From Salpingoeca rosetta (taxonomy: Eukaryota > Protista > Choanoflagellata): DNA of 64,000 bases. A program made the position numbers and the translations under genes. Of the stretch, positions 12,901 through 31,939 are shown in pieces. The stretch spans positions 391,183 to 455,182 of the forward strand of contig JAWQFM010000017.1 in the NCBI GenBank assembly GCA_033442325.1. The letters run 5' to 3'. Under the pieces are notes generated by a model. It saw only the letters and a program-made list of their open reading frames with translations. It did no database searches and was not told where the DNA came from. The first letter of the stretch is position 1. The number at the start of each line of letters is the position of its first letter.

Positions 12901-13019
12901 GGGCCGAGCACGAAGCAGAGCGCTACACGCAGATTGAGGACGCGTGGGCTGGCGTGGAAGCGTCACTCACACAGCAAATCGAGTTGCAAGAACGGAAGTT
13001 GAATGCAAAAGAAGTGTAA
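8885..13019 (+). CDS. PX-BAR sorting nexin (SNX4/SNX7/SNX30 group), multi-exon; start at 8885 or 9126
   Basis: PX: SVQRRYSHFAWLRTQLARCVPGRIVPPVPPKH...KFSEQFLETRRAGLERFLRRVAAHSVL. Helical BAR C-terminus ...ANETLNSDLDR...AWAEHEAERYTQIEDAW. Stop at 13017-13019. Confidence 0.85.
10240..10340. repeat. (GTTGTG)n hexanucleotide microsatellite in a SNX intron
   Basis: Directly visible tandem GTTGTG/GGTTGT units. Confidence 0.95.
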
Positions 13020-13055
13020 GTGCTTGCGGGGATATTTTCGCTTGACATTTCAGGT

Positions 13056-13759
13056 TCATATCTTGTGTCATGCACTCGCACTCATTCACACGCACTGACA
13101 CACACACACCCACACATACATTCACACGCACTGACACACACACTCACACATACACTCACACACACATTCACACGCACTGACACACACACACACACACTCA
13201 AGCCGCTCACCTTTGGGTTTTTACGAAGCTGACCGAAGTAGATCAGCAGGTACCCAACAACCTGTAAAATGGGGAAGGCAGGGGGTGGGATCAAAGAGAA
13301 AAAAGGAAGGAAGGAAGCGGATAGTAGGGGTGCTTCACATGCGAGCCACACGTGCCAGCTGGTGTGTCGTGTGTGAGTGTTGGGGGAGGGGGGTGGATAT
13401 GTGTGAAAGTGATATCGAGAGACGAACACACGCACGCACACGCACGCACACGCACAGCCACACGCACGGGTACGCACCATGACGTTGAGGGCTGAGGATG
13501 TCGATATGACAGCCCAACGTGGAGCGCATGCTGGAGCCGGTGCGACCCAGGTCGAAGCGTACAAACCCCCTTGATGTATGTCCCGGGTGGTGATGACAGC
13601 GGTGCGCAAGCGAGTACATGTGTGTGAGTGTGTATGAGTGTGTGTGAGTGTGTGTGAGTGTGTGCGTGAGGGAGTGTGAGCGCGTATGTGTGCCTGCATG
13701 CGTGTGCGCGAGAGAGAGTGTGTGGGTAAAACACTCGTGGTTGCTACTGGTGCAGATGC

Positions 13760-13796
<37 letters not shown>

Positions 13797-13960
13797 GCAA
13801 CAACAACAACAACAGCAACAGCAACAACAGCACCGCCACAACAACAGACAACCACAGACAACCACCCATACTTCCATACCTGCAGGAGTAAGGTGTCATG
13901 TGACGTGGAGGGCGCGAGATGCCCGGGCGCGACTGTGCGCGCGTGCCTGCCTGCATGTGT
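13056..13960 (-). CDS. 3' fragment of a membrane-protein gene, weakly PQ-loop (MPDU1/PQLC3)-like; possibly truncated or a pseudogene
   Basis: Clean exon 13261-13211 (VVGYLLIYFGQLRKNPK) with a strong pyrimidine tract/AG and GTGAG donor. The preceding exon ends at 13478 (...WAVISTSSALNVM). Upstream exon phases do not reconcile and no start was found. Confidence 0.3.
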
Positions 13961-14424
13961 GTGAGTGTGTGTGTGTGTGTGCGTGACACGCGATGGAGGG
14001 GGATGAGCATCAGGACGAACCAATAGCACAAGCAGACACGATGTGGCGCGCATCCAACCCCCCCCCCCAACACCCACTCACACACATGCAGACGCCCTTT
14101 GAACATATCCCCACTTCTGGATTATCAATTAACCCCCGCAACACGACAAATCAGCCCAGAATCAAGAGGGGTAATGGTGCGATGGCTGGGTTCTTGTGAA
14201 CTCTAGATCTAGAAGGAGGTGACAATAAGCTGTTGGTTGCTCACATTTTTGGTCCACTCACACGTGATCGTCATCACGTTTCTTCTAACTTCATCTTCTA
14301 CATTTGTGCTTCTCTGGGGGTTGATTGGTATTGTCGAGAATTCTCATGAATGAATTGTTATAACACGACACGTAGGAATGTAACAAGGAGAGAGAAAGAA
14401 CGATTATATTTTTTTTTTTTTTAT

Positions 14425-14524
14425 NNNNNNNNNNNNNNNNNNNNNNNNNNNNNNNNNNNNNNNNNNNNNNNNNNNNNNNNNNNNNNNNNNNNNNNNNNNN
14501 NNNNNNNNNNNNNNNNNNNNNNNN
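14425..14524. other. Assembly gap (100 N)
   Basis: Run of N. Confidence 1.
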
Positions 14525-15023
14525 GACTACGTTCTGTAGGTACTGGATGCGTAACGATGTCGTTCATCCGTACTGCGTGGAGTGCTTCGTTAGTAGTATG
14601 CGTGTAGCCCATGGTAAATCATCGCATTTGCAAGCCATCGCGCTAGCACTCGTCTAGACATGTACCACGAGCCCCAATCTCTGCAGAGAAGCTGCGTCTT
14701 AATATTCTATGTGCAGACTGACGGCAGTCATTTTTGCTTGTAGAGTAGTGTAAGAGTAAAGATCTACGAGTAACTCACCTCAGGTATACTCGTCGTCCAT
14801 CATTTCTTGTTTCTCTTCTTTCCGCAAGTTAAACGTTATGTATTTGTCAGTAAGTTTGAACTCATGCGTGTTGCTGTGCTTTCCTCTCATTGTGAGGGGG
14901 GGGGGTTTGTGGCTTGTCTCTTCTTTGTTCTCCCCTTATAAGCAGCTGGTAGGCCCCCACTCACACACACACACACCCACCCACTCACACACACACTCAC
15001 TCACACACACACTCACACACACA

Positions 15024-15098
<75 letters not shown>

Positions 15099-15117
15099 AC
15101 ACATACACACACATACA

Positions 15118-15182
<65 letters not shown>

Positions 15183-15749
15183 ACCGTAGATCGCGCGTCT
15201 CCAAAATCCTTCACGCGAAATGCCTCTATTCGCTGCGAACTGCGTAAGATTTCCACGAATTTTCCCAAGTAAACATGGCGAAGCACTCCAAGCAAACATG
15301 GCTGCTGCTGTGTTGCCACACGACCAGCTGGTTAACAGCGCAGGTCGACGGAAGCGACGCACCCCAACAACGACGCCGACAATCACACCAGCAGCAGCGG
15401 ACTGCCAGCACGAAAGCGGAGCGCACACCCAGCACCCGATACCCACGTGCATGTGATGGTCAAGCGCTCCTTCTTGCAGCCCGTGTCGGCCACATGCTAT
15501 GATGCGTCGTGCAGCCGCCCTCGCCAACAGCCGCAGCTCACGGTCTCCGGCTGCACCTCCATCGACCCCATCCCGCCTCTTTGACGGCGCTTTCGCCGAC
15601 CCGTTGCATCTGCACTGCTGGTACCCCTGCGCGCGCAGCACAACCACCATCGTCAACATCATCAGCAGCATCAACCCATCGCCGCTGGGCGAACCGTCAC
15701 CACCCTCTGGCCGCGGCCACTGTCGTCATTCTACCAGCTGCCACCGGAC

Positions 15750-17300
15750 ATGATGGAGGCGAAGCGGTTTGGTGGGTATCTTGACATCTTGATGTGTCGA
15801 TTCGAACATCGCACCGTCCCCCCCCCTTCTCAAATAACAGCGACGGAGGCAGCAACGGCGCACCCGGCAGAGAAGCGAACAGCTGAGGCACAGCGCGACA
15901 ATATGGTGCCAGCACACGTCGCCGTGTACAGCCCTGCAGCGTGCGTTTGTACGTGTGTACTTGTGTGAGTGTATGTCTGTGTGTGAGTGTGTGTGTGTGC
16001 GCGCGTGTGTGCTTTCCTGTTTTGTTTTTGGTTTGCTACGACGCGATGTCGTACGACCGCTGTGACTTTGAACCGTGCTCATTCTGCACTCACCACCACC
16101 GTGCATGCATGTACACACACACACACACACACACGCGCGCGCGCGCACACACGCACACACACACACACACAACACACAACACACAACACAGGCCGCTGCT
16201 GGCGATGCTGGCGACACCAACGACGGCAACAACAACGACAACAACATCAACAGCGTCAATGACGACGGCAACAGCGATAACGATGGCTGGAACCAACACC
16301 CACTCGAGCGCAGCCCGATGATTGGTGCGCATGCGAGCGCCGTTTCCCTCATGTGCCTGTGTCTGTGGTATTGTGACACCGAGTGCGAGTTTGAGGTTGG
16401 CATTGTGTACACGCGGGTGCATGCTTTGCACGTGTACATCGTTGTGTGTGCGTGGTTACGGGCGCGTGTGCGTATGTGTGCGTGCGTGCAGGTGTTTCAT
16501 GTGCGTGAGCGCATGTTGCTTGTCCTCGTCATCGGGTGTGAGTAGCTCACCTGTCTCTGTTACACATTGCAGGGGTGCTGTGGAGACGTTCATGGTGATG
16601 ATCAACTCCATCATGGGCCGCGACAGCCGGCGCTCTTTGCTCCACGTCATCGTGAACAAGCGGTGCGTACACCTGCCACATTGTGCTCACATGCTGTGCT
16701 GTTTGACCTTCACACACATACACACACACACACACACACACGCACACACACACACACACACGCACGCACGCACGCACGCACGCACACACCCACACACGCA
16801 CACACACAGACATCCACACACGCACACACGCACACGTCCCTTACTGCTGCAAACCACAATCATCGCTGTCGTGTGTTCTGTTGTACCAGGCCCATCGGGT
16901 GGCTGCTGTCGCTATTCCCTTTTCCAACAGCAGAATCGTACATACACAGCTGCACTCATCCAGGATCGAGCGGGACCGACCGCGGTGCCGCCACCACACA
17001 TACAGGTGGGGCGTGTGGCTGTGAGTGATCTGGTGGCTCTTGCACTTCCGACTAATGTGCTTGCTCTGGCCATGCCTGTTTATGCACGTGTGTCGCCTCC
17101 CACCTATGTGTTTTGCACACACACACAACACACAGACACAACACACACACATGCACATACACACATACACACACACACACATACACACATACACTCAGCG
17201 GTGCTCAGCACTCAGGAACAGATTAGGATATCCTGGACCAGCTGCACCGAGAGCATGCACAGCGCCTGACGCGCGCAGATGCTATCAAACGAATGGTGCA
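15750..17300 (+). CDS. Hypothetical spliced gene or pseudogene, product unknown
   Basis: Exons with GT-AG borders join in phase: 16492-16535 VFHVRERMLLVLVIG + 16573-16662 GAVETFMVMINSIMGRDSRRSLLHVIVNKR + 16890-17005 PIGWLLSLFPF... Upstream exon phases are inconsistent and no family is recognised. Confidence 0.3.
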
Positions 17301-18935
17301 GGAACGACAAGGACAGCAGCCGCAGCAGCAGCCATCACCACCACCAGCAGCAGCAATAGGAACAGCCACCGCAAGAGATGCCATTTCTCGCCCAAACTCT
17401 CTCTGCATCTCCTGCACACCCCGTTGATGACCTTACACCTGCGATCATGCGCATCATTACTGACTGGACAGCCAGCAAAAAGCACAACCACTCAAGCCTC
17501 CACAGCTCTCACACACACGCGCACACACATGTGGAGCCAACCACAACAGCCCCAGCTGTCGCTGCGGCGCCAGCTACCGCTCAACTGAGGCTGTCGATTG
17601 GAGTGAGTGGTTGACTATCTGGAGGAACTACTGGCTTTGGATGCACCCCCCCCCCCATCGCGGCCGACGCTGAAGGCGATATTTGATTGACGCCCTGTCC
17701 CTGATCGATGCCCTGTCTCTTTGCTGTCACTGTTCTCGTTGCCGTCACGGTTGTCGTGCGCGTGTCCATTGTTCCCAACCAATACAACGCCCAACAGTGC
17801 ACAGCCCCCGAACAAGATCAACATATCCCCTCAACAGGGAGGGTTCATGTCACAAGCCCCCAGACCACCAAGCAGATTTTTCCTCGCAATGAAGCCGATA
17901 TCATCGGGAACCCGAGAACATCCTGCTCTCCGCAACACCCTTGCAAATACACGATACTTGGCTTCATCTTCTGTTGTGAGTAAAAAACGAACAGCAACAG
18001 CAGCAGGCTCAGCGAGCGACAGCATGAAGTGGCGCCGAAACCCTGACCACTTGCGTCTTGCGGTAATCGGTGTCGAATTTCGTTGAGCATCGTTAGTAAA
18101 TGTTCTGAACCTGCATGATTGAATGGACCGAGCTGCAAAAAACCGACAACACCAATACAACCGGCCCTGATGGCACACCCCACTTGGAATTCTACTTTAT
18201 TTTTATTTTTTGTTGGCCAAAAATCAACCCCCTCCTCCTCCTCAACCAAAAACCGACAACGACGACACGGCACACGCACAAAGCAAACAAAACTGGTAAG
18301 CAACAAGCAACAAGCCAGCAGGCGCGAAGTACTCCACTCGCCAGCCTTGTGCCGTGTGTGCGTTCTTGACCTGACCACCGTCACCACCATCGTCCATTGC
18401 TGCCATTGCTGCTCCCAATCGTCTCATTCCTCCGTCCCTGTGCTCCTTTGCTGGTGCTGTGTTCCTTCCACCACCACCACCACCACTCCGGTTGAATAGA
18501 CCATCCCCCCCAAGCAAAGGTTGGTTGATTGGCCGTGGCGTTGTTCACGTACGCGTGCACCACCATCACCGCACTGCAAGTTCTTTTTGTTTGTGTGTGT
18601 TGTCTGTCTCGCTCGTTGCCACCGTCAGCGTCGCTGTTGTCATGCATCGCAGCCGCTGCATGCATGGCTTGTATGTATGTATGTATGTGCGTGTGGTGTA
18701 GTGTGGTGTGGTGTTGTGGTGTGTTCCAGCGAAGGCGATCATGTGATCGATCGATCAATCGATCGCTTCACTCCACCACACAGCATCGCTTCACAGTGTC
18801 CATCATCGTCGCCATACCACATGACCACAGCTCGCTCACGTCTCGTCTGGTCCTGAACTGCATGACGCACGCACCATGCACGCGCACACATGCACAGAAC
18901 ACACACAAATACACACACACGGATAGACGCACACC

Positions 18936-20857
<1,922 letters not shown>

Positions 20858-22350
20858 GGACCGGCCCGCTGTGGTCCCTCCTGTATCGTTGTTTGCTTGA
20901 TCGACCTTTGACCGTTGGCTTCCGTGCTCCGTCTGTTTGTCCCCGTATTGACTAGTTGTCATGAACACGCCGTTCTTGGCGTAGCCCCGCTCTCCCTGTT
21001 TCTTCTCTCTTTGTCGTTGTTTTGCTTTTTGCTCCCCGTGGTTTGTTTGGTCGTTTGGTTGGTTGTTTGAGTGATGTTGTTTGGTTGGTTGTTTGGTTCT
21101 TTGTGTTATTCACACAAACAGCAAGGGATGTACCCCTCTTGTCGCTCCCCATCTCAAATCCGTGGACTGTGCCTGCGCCCGCGTGTCTTGTCTTGTCTTG
21201 TCTTGTGTTGTGTTGTTTTGTTTTGTTTTGTTTTGTTTTGTTTTGTCTTGTCGTTGCCGTCTTACACCCCAGCTGCTGTCCATGTTGGACCTATTGCCTG
21301 GCATCCACGCTTCTCGCGGGTTGTTCCTTGCTGACCTCTCTGTTGACATGAGGTTGGTGCGCCTCCCATGTCTTCATTCTCCCGCATTTTTGTGTGTGTT
21401 TGCTTCGTTTCTTCTTACCAGGCCGTGCTGCCGCATGCTGTTGGTGTTTGTGTCGTCGCTGGTGCTTGCTTGTGCCGGTGTTGGGTTGGTGCTGGCTGTC
21501 TCCTTCTCTTCTCGCTCGTGTTTTGGTTGCGGCTTGTGGATCGAGCGGGTGGCGCATGTGCACGCACACATGCTTTGTTGTTTTGCAGATGGGTGCAGTG
21601 AACACTAAGTGAAATGTCCGAGTGAAGTCATGTCAACTGAAGTTGTTCCCAGTGATACTTGGTGATGTGATGTGACGTGGTGGCTGGCGACCAAGGGAGG
21701 GAAGGAGACAGGAAGGGAAGGGGGGGAGGGCAAGCAGCATGCATAGACGAGGCAGTGCCGCCTCTTCTTCACTTCTTCGCTTGTCAGCCACGCAAAAAGC
21801 ACCAGCAACTGCACAGCAACAGCAGGTGCAGGATTGCTGATGCGATCGCTTGTCATCATGTCACCAAGGACGTTCCTTGGCTCGACGAAGAACATTCCAC
21901 AACCGCTGCGAATGCAGACAATTGCTGAATATTTTGTAACAATATTCGCCGTCCGTTTTGTTGTTTTGGTTTGTCCATCCATCTCGCTCGCACGCTGGTG
22001 CTGATGTGTCCTTGCCCGCGAATGTGACTGACCGGGTGAAGTGCATTCGCCGATGTATGTGTGACACATCGTCGTCATCCATCCATCCATCCATCCATCC
22101 ACGCACACGCACACACGCACACACGCAGGTGCACGCCATTGAGGTGTTTCTGATTCATTTCCCCGAACACAGCTTTACGCGCGTCCTCTTCCTTGCACGA
22201 CTCAAGAGACTCACAAGCACCACACAAACGAACACGAACCACACAAACGAACACGAACCACACAAACCAAACGAACCAAACGAACCACAAGCAAGTGAGC
22301 AAGTGAGCAAGCATTTGTTTCTTTCAACGGACATTCAGCGCTCACATCAT

Positions 22351-22437
<87 letters not shown>

Positions 22438-22447
22438 GCAACAGCAA
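22351..22447. repeat. (CAA)n trinucleotide repeat upstream of the adenylate kinase start
   Basis: Directly visible. Confidence 0.95.
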
Positions 22448-22569
22448 CAGAGTCTGCTTCAAACCAATCCTCGTCCCTCTGTCCCTCCTTGCCCCGACAT
22501 TGGCATCGCATCTCGCTCCCCGAGACAAGTGACGAGCAGCGCCAACTAGCTACAAGCACCCAAGCCGTC

Positions 22570-23903
22570 ATGTTTTCGTTCCAGAGGGCGGCAGTCGGCC
22601 GCCTCGCATGCTCTCGGGCGCTCGCGTACGGCAAGCAGGCCGTGGGCTTGGCGTTTGCGCGCACCTCTCGCGCCGCTTTGTCAGCGACATCCATCGCAGC
22701 ACGCTCTTCCGCACCAACGCCGGAGCCAGAGCAAGCAGCCCCAACATCAGAACCCGCACCAGCCACACCTTTGCCCGAACATGAGACGCCTTTGGCCGCG
22801 CAGAAGGCGAAGCATAAGCGCTCGCCGCCACCGCCTTCCTCATCCTCGAGGGCAGCGAGCGACAAGCGCGCCCCGCGTTCTCCTTCGTCCTCGGCCGCAT
22901 CATCTTCCGCCTCCTCCTCGACTTCTTCTGCGAAGGCCAAAGCGAGAGCTGAGGCAGGTGCCACCACCGCGGCACAGAACACCGCGAAGATGACGGATGG
23001 GCCAAAGCACGGCGTGACACCAACGCCAACGGGCCCCTCTTGCCCGCTTGTTCCCTCGGACAAGGACGGCAACATGCACGCATCCCGCGACGTGCACGAC
23101 AACCCGGACGTTGCCCGCTCCATCTTTGATGCCATGTGGCGCCGCTTGGAGAAGCAATTTGGCCGCCACAACCTGCACTTTCCAAAGGAGACCATCTTCC
23201 TGGTATGTGCGTGTGTGCGTGTGTGTGCGTGCGTGTGTGTGCGTGCGTGTGTGTGCGTGTGCGTGTGTGTGTGCGTGCGTGTGCGTGCGTGTGGGTGCGT
23301 GTGGGTGTGTGCGACAGCCTGCACGGATATTGCACATGCGCTGGCAAAGGGCAATACGACTCGTTATCTTGCCTGTCCTCACCTGCATGTGTGTGTGTGT
23401 GCCTGTGTGTGTGATGTTGACATGTTGTCTGCTTCTTTGCAGAACGGCGCACCCGGGAGCGGGAAGGGAACCATGGCCGAGTATCTGTGCAAAGACAGGC
23501 ATCTTGTTCACATTGCGACATCAGACCTGCTCCAGGTACAACCACGCAATGTGTGTGTGTGTGTGTGTATAAAGATGGCTGCGGTGATATGGTGTGCTTG
23601 ACAACCACACTGAATCCTTCGTCTTCTCTGCCATTCCGCACGACCTTACCCCTGAATCCCCCTCCCCCTCCTCCTGCTCCTGAACACTTGGCCACGCTCC
23701 TGTTTCCACCACCACTGTCACGACAACCACCTTGATCAACAGAGCCCGCAGATGCTTGAGATGAAGAAGAAAGGCAAGCTGGTTGATGATGGTGAGGTGT
23801 TCTTCCTCCTCGCTCGAACCATGCTCCAGCCAAAGAACAAGTTTGGCGTCGTTGTCGACGGCTTTCCCCGCACCAGAGTGCAGGTCAGGCACGCAGCGTG
23901 AAG

Positions 23904-23951
<48 letters not shown>

Positions 23952-24111
23952 AGGGGGGTGTATGTGGGTGTGGGTGGGTGTACGTGTGGGTGTGGGTGTG
24001 GGTGTGGGTGTGGGTGTGGGTGTGGGTGTACGTTTGGGTGTACGTTTGGGTGTATGTGTCAATAGCAGCAACCCAAGGTGCCGTACACACTCCGTCTCAC
24101 ATCACATGTCG

Positions 24112-24153
<42 letters not shown>

Positions 24154-24497
24154 GCCTCATTGCGCCTTTGGCCAGGTGGAGTGCGTGAAACTGTTGCACG
24201 AGAAGATGATTGAACTGAACCGCGAGTTCCACAACACCGATCTGAGCGAGCACTTTCCCCGCCCAAAGTTCCACATGGTCATGCTGTACATCGAGGAAGA
24301 GGTGTGCGTTTGCTCTGCGCGTGTATGCTTGTGTGTGTGATGCTGTGTGTGTGGTGTTTGCATGTATGTAAGCATGCGTACAAACAGTTTGTGTACAACA
24401 CATGCGAGCTGGCACCTGCGACTGCCCTTCGTATCTCCCTTCTCACAAGTGTTCACGTTATCTGTGTGCGTGTGATGTGTGCGTGCGTGTGTGTGTG

Positions 24498-24581
<84 letters not shown>

Positions 24582-24896
24582 CGCGTGTGTGCTCGCGTTA
24601 ACGCCATTTCAGGAGAGCATCAAGCGGCAGATGATTCGCGGAGCAAAAATTGCGCTCCACAACGACATGGTGCGGTGGTGGTGATCGTGATGTGTATGTG
24701 TGTGTGTGTGTGTGTACGTGTGTCTGTGTGTGTCTGTGTTCATGTACGCGCTTTTGTTGTACTTGGCAATGGTTCGCTGCAGCTCCTGACACGGCCCTAA
24801 TCACGCAGTACACACTTTTCTGCACACTTGCGCACACATGATCCACACGCACTACACACACTTCTGCACACACACACACACACGACACACACACAC

Positions 24897-24934
<38 letters not shown>

Positions 24935-25989
24935 ATTACAGGTGCTCAAGTCTGGCGAGGGCGAGGTGAAGGAGGCGCGAAACACAGACCAGAACGACCA
25001 GCTCGCACGCGAGCGATACAGAATCTTCAGGTGCGCTTGTTGCGCTGCATGTTAATGATGCATGCGTGCATGCGTGCGTCTGTGTATGTGTGTGTGCATG
25101 TTTGCGGCCTCTTGCTCTCTTGTGCTCCCACTTCAACTCACACACACACACACGCACACACACACACATACACACACACACACATTCCTGCAACATGTGC
25201 AGGGAGAATGGGTACGAGCCGCTGAAGACGCTTCGTAGTTTCTTTAACTATCACTTCATTGCTGCCGACGGCACCGTCGAGGAGGTGCGCAAGCGCGTGG
25301 AGAAAGAGTTCCAATACCAGAGCTCGCTCGAGTTGCAAGACAGCACATATGAAGTGTTGGACACGCTGCCACGCGCTGAGGACTTGACAAAGTTTTACCG
25401 TCAGACGCTCGTGAAGGACCTCGACGACTTCCAGGTGAGCCATGTTTGTTTGTTTGTTTGGTTTGTTTGTTTGTTTGGAAGTGTTTGGAAGTGTGTATGT
25501 GTTTGTGTGTGTATATGTGTGCGCGTGTGCTTATGTTCCTGTGTAGCGGTCAGCACAGTCATGTCAAGCCACACACGGACACAAATACACGTCCACACAC
25601 ATACACACACACACACACTTATTCCCACCATCACTGTATCTCCACTCACATTGCATTGTGCTGTTCATCCCTCTCCTTCCTTTCCCTCATTCCCTCGTCT
25701 TCGATAGGCGCGCCACCCGAAGCTGCTGAAGCAGGTGATCCAGGTTGTGCAGTCTGAGTTCTTCCCTCAGATCCGGCTGTGCACGAGCAGCGGACACGTG
25801 CACGTGCGCACAGACAACGAGATCTTCTTCGCCCACAAGAAGGCGCTGAAAATGGCCATTTGCCTCCTCAGCGAACGCGGCTTTGAGGTGAGCAACAGAT
25901 GCATTGTGCTTGCACGTGTCTCAATCCTGCAACTGCTTCGAACCGCCACACGCACATCTGCACACGCATGTGGCAAAGACACACAAACA

Positions 25990-26055
<66 letters not shown>

Positions 26056-26227
26056 CACTCACACACACACACATACACACACACACACACACACCACGCC
26101 ACAGGTGTCTGTGAGCCGGGAGAGCGAGCGCGAATATCACAGCGTCGATCCCGACACACACGAGCTGCTCTATGACGTGAAGCAGTCGTATGTGTTTGAG
26201 ATTGGTTTCCCAAAGGCAACCATGTAA
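22570..26227 (+). CDS. Long-form adenylate kinase-like protein with N-terminal mitochondrial-type presequence and C-terminal extension
   Basis: P-loop [18 protein letters not shown]; HIATSDLL; GKLVDD; [13 protein letters not shown]. Arg/Ala/Ser-rich, acid-free N-terminus [20 protein letters not shown]. Exons join in phase to ...[12 protein letters not shown]. Confidence 0.85.
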
Positions 26228-26303
26228 TTGCTGCCTCAGCAATCAACCTTCTTGCAGAAGTGCAAAATTGCCCGAATGAACCCCCCCCCCACCACCACCA
26301 CCA

Positions 26304-26379
<76 letters not shown>

Positions 26380-26937
26380 CTCCCATGTTGACGTTGAGTA
26401 CCTGACGATACATGCACGCGCACACGCACACAGTAAAGGCACTTGAGTTGTTGTTCGTGTCAGTCTTGATCGTGTTTCCTCGACACCGTTTCGTGTTCAC
26501 TCCTGCCCGTCCCGTCGTTGCGCGTGTTGTCTGGTTCCTGCATGTCTGTTTTTGTTGTCTGTGTTGTTGTTGTTTTCTGTTGCCTATCGACACACTTGAT
26601 TGCAGCACACCACAGCACCGCGGTGTCGTTGTGCTTTTGCAAGTGCTACTGAACCCCCGAATAGTTGACTTCTCCCGCCTTGTTCCTTTTTGCGTCAGTT
26701 CACTGACGGTGCAGGTTTGCTGCTTGCTTCCCTTTGCCAAGCCAGTTGTTGGTTTCGTTTTGTTGTTGCTTTATGTGTGTGGAGGATTGATTGAACCCAA
26801 ACAAGGCCCATGCGTTGTTGTCAGCAGCAGACAGACAGACAGACAGAGCATGGCGGCTGATGCATGCAAGCAACAGACGCAATCAACCACACGCGTGAAC
26901 ACAGGGCGGTTATGTGGTGGAAGGGAAGAGGAAAAGC

Positions 26938-26975
<38 letters not shown>

Positions 26976-27268
26976 AACAAGCAGCGCATTGGCATGGGAG
27001 AGTGGCGGTGGTGTCAGCGCAGAGTAACAACAAACCGCAAACACGTGAAAGAGACATGACACGAAATAGAGGAGGAGAGGGAGGGAGAGGAGGAGGAGGA
27101 GGACAAGAAAAGAAGGGTGATGTCACACCAGCAAGCACGCACGTACGCAAGCAAGCCGTTGGTTCAGACGTTGCCTGCAAGCACACAGCGTTCACCGACA
27201 CGTGACATGATGCACGCTGCAGCAAGAAAAGACACAATGTGGCGTGCTTTGTTGATCCGTGACAGCGC

Positions 27269-31394
<4,126 letters not shown>

Positions 31395-31839
31395 TCTTGG
31401 TGGTGGTGGTGTTGTTGTTGTTGTTTGTTGTTGTTGTTGTTGTTGTTTGTTGTTGTTGTTTTGACAAGGCGTGCAACAGCAGGCTGGCCGGCTGGTGGAG
31501 AAGAGTGTTTGATGTGAGTGTCAGCGACAGTGGGACGGCGGGTGAATGATGACGACGATTGAAGCGATGTGCGGGAGTGAGAGAGGGATGGCAGCGCGCA
31601 GTGAACGGAGAGAGAGAAATGCAAACAAAACACCAACCAACCACTTCAGAACCATGAGCAAGAGAGCAAGCAAGAAGCGTTCGTTCGTTCCGTTCACTGA
31701 CGAGTTCTGATGGCGATGGAAAGGGAGGACGGCACAATCAGTGAAAAGGGAAAAATTGACTTTCGCCAAAGGCAAAATTGACCACGGCGCAGCGGATACA
31801 ACCACACGGCAAAGTGGAGCAAAGAAGACATCGCTCACG

Positions 31840-31870
<31 letters not shown>

Positions 31871-31939
31871 CACACACACAGACACACACACACACACACA
31901 CAGACACACACACACGCACACACAGAGACACAGTTGAGG

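Noticed and set aside
17650-18200. Microsatellite-free stretch with ~115-aa ORFs on both strands
   Set aside because: No recognisable motifs or convincing splice structure; probably PP1 upstream sequence.
21605-22120. 171-aa minus-strand ORF between PP1 and the adenylate kinase
   Set aside because: Starts in a repeat and shows no family motif or coherent exon structure.
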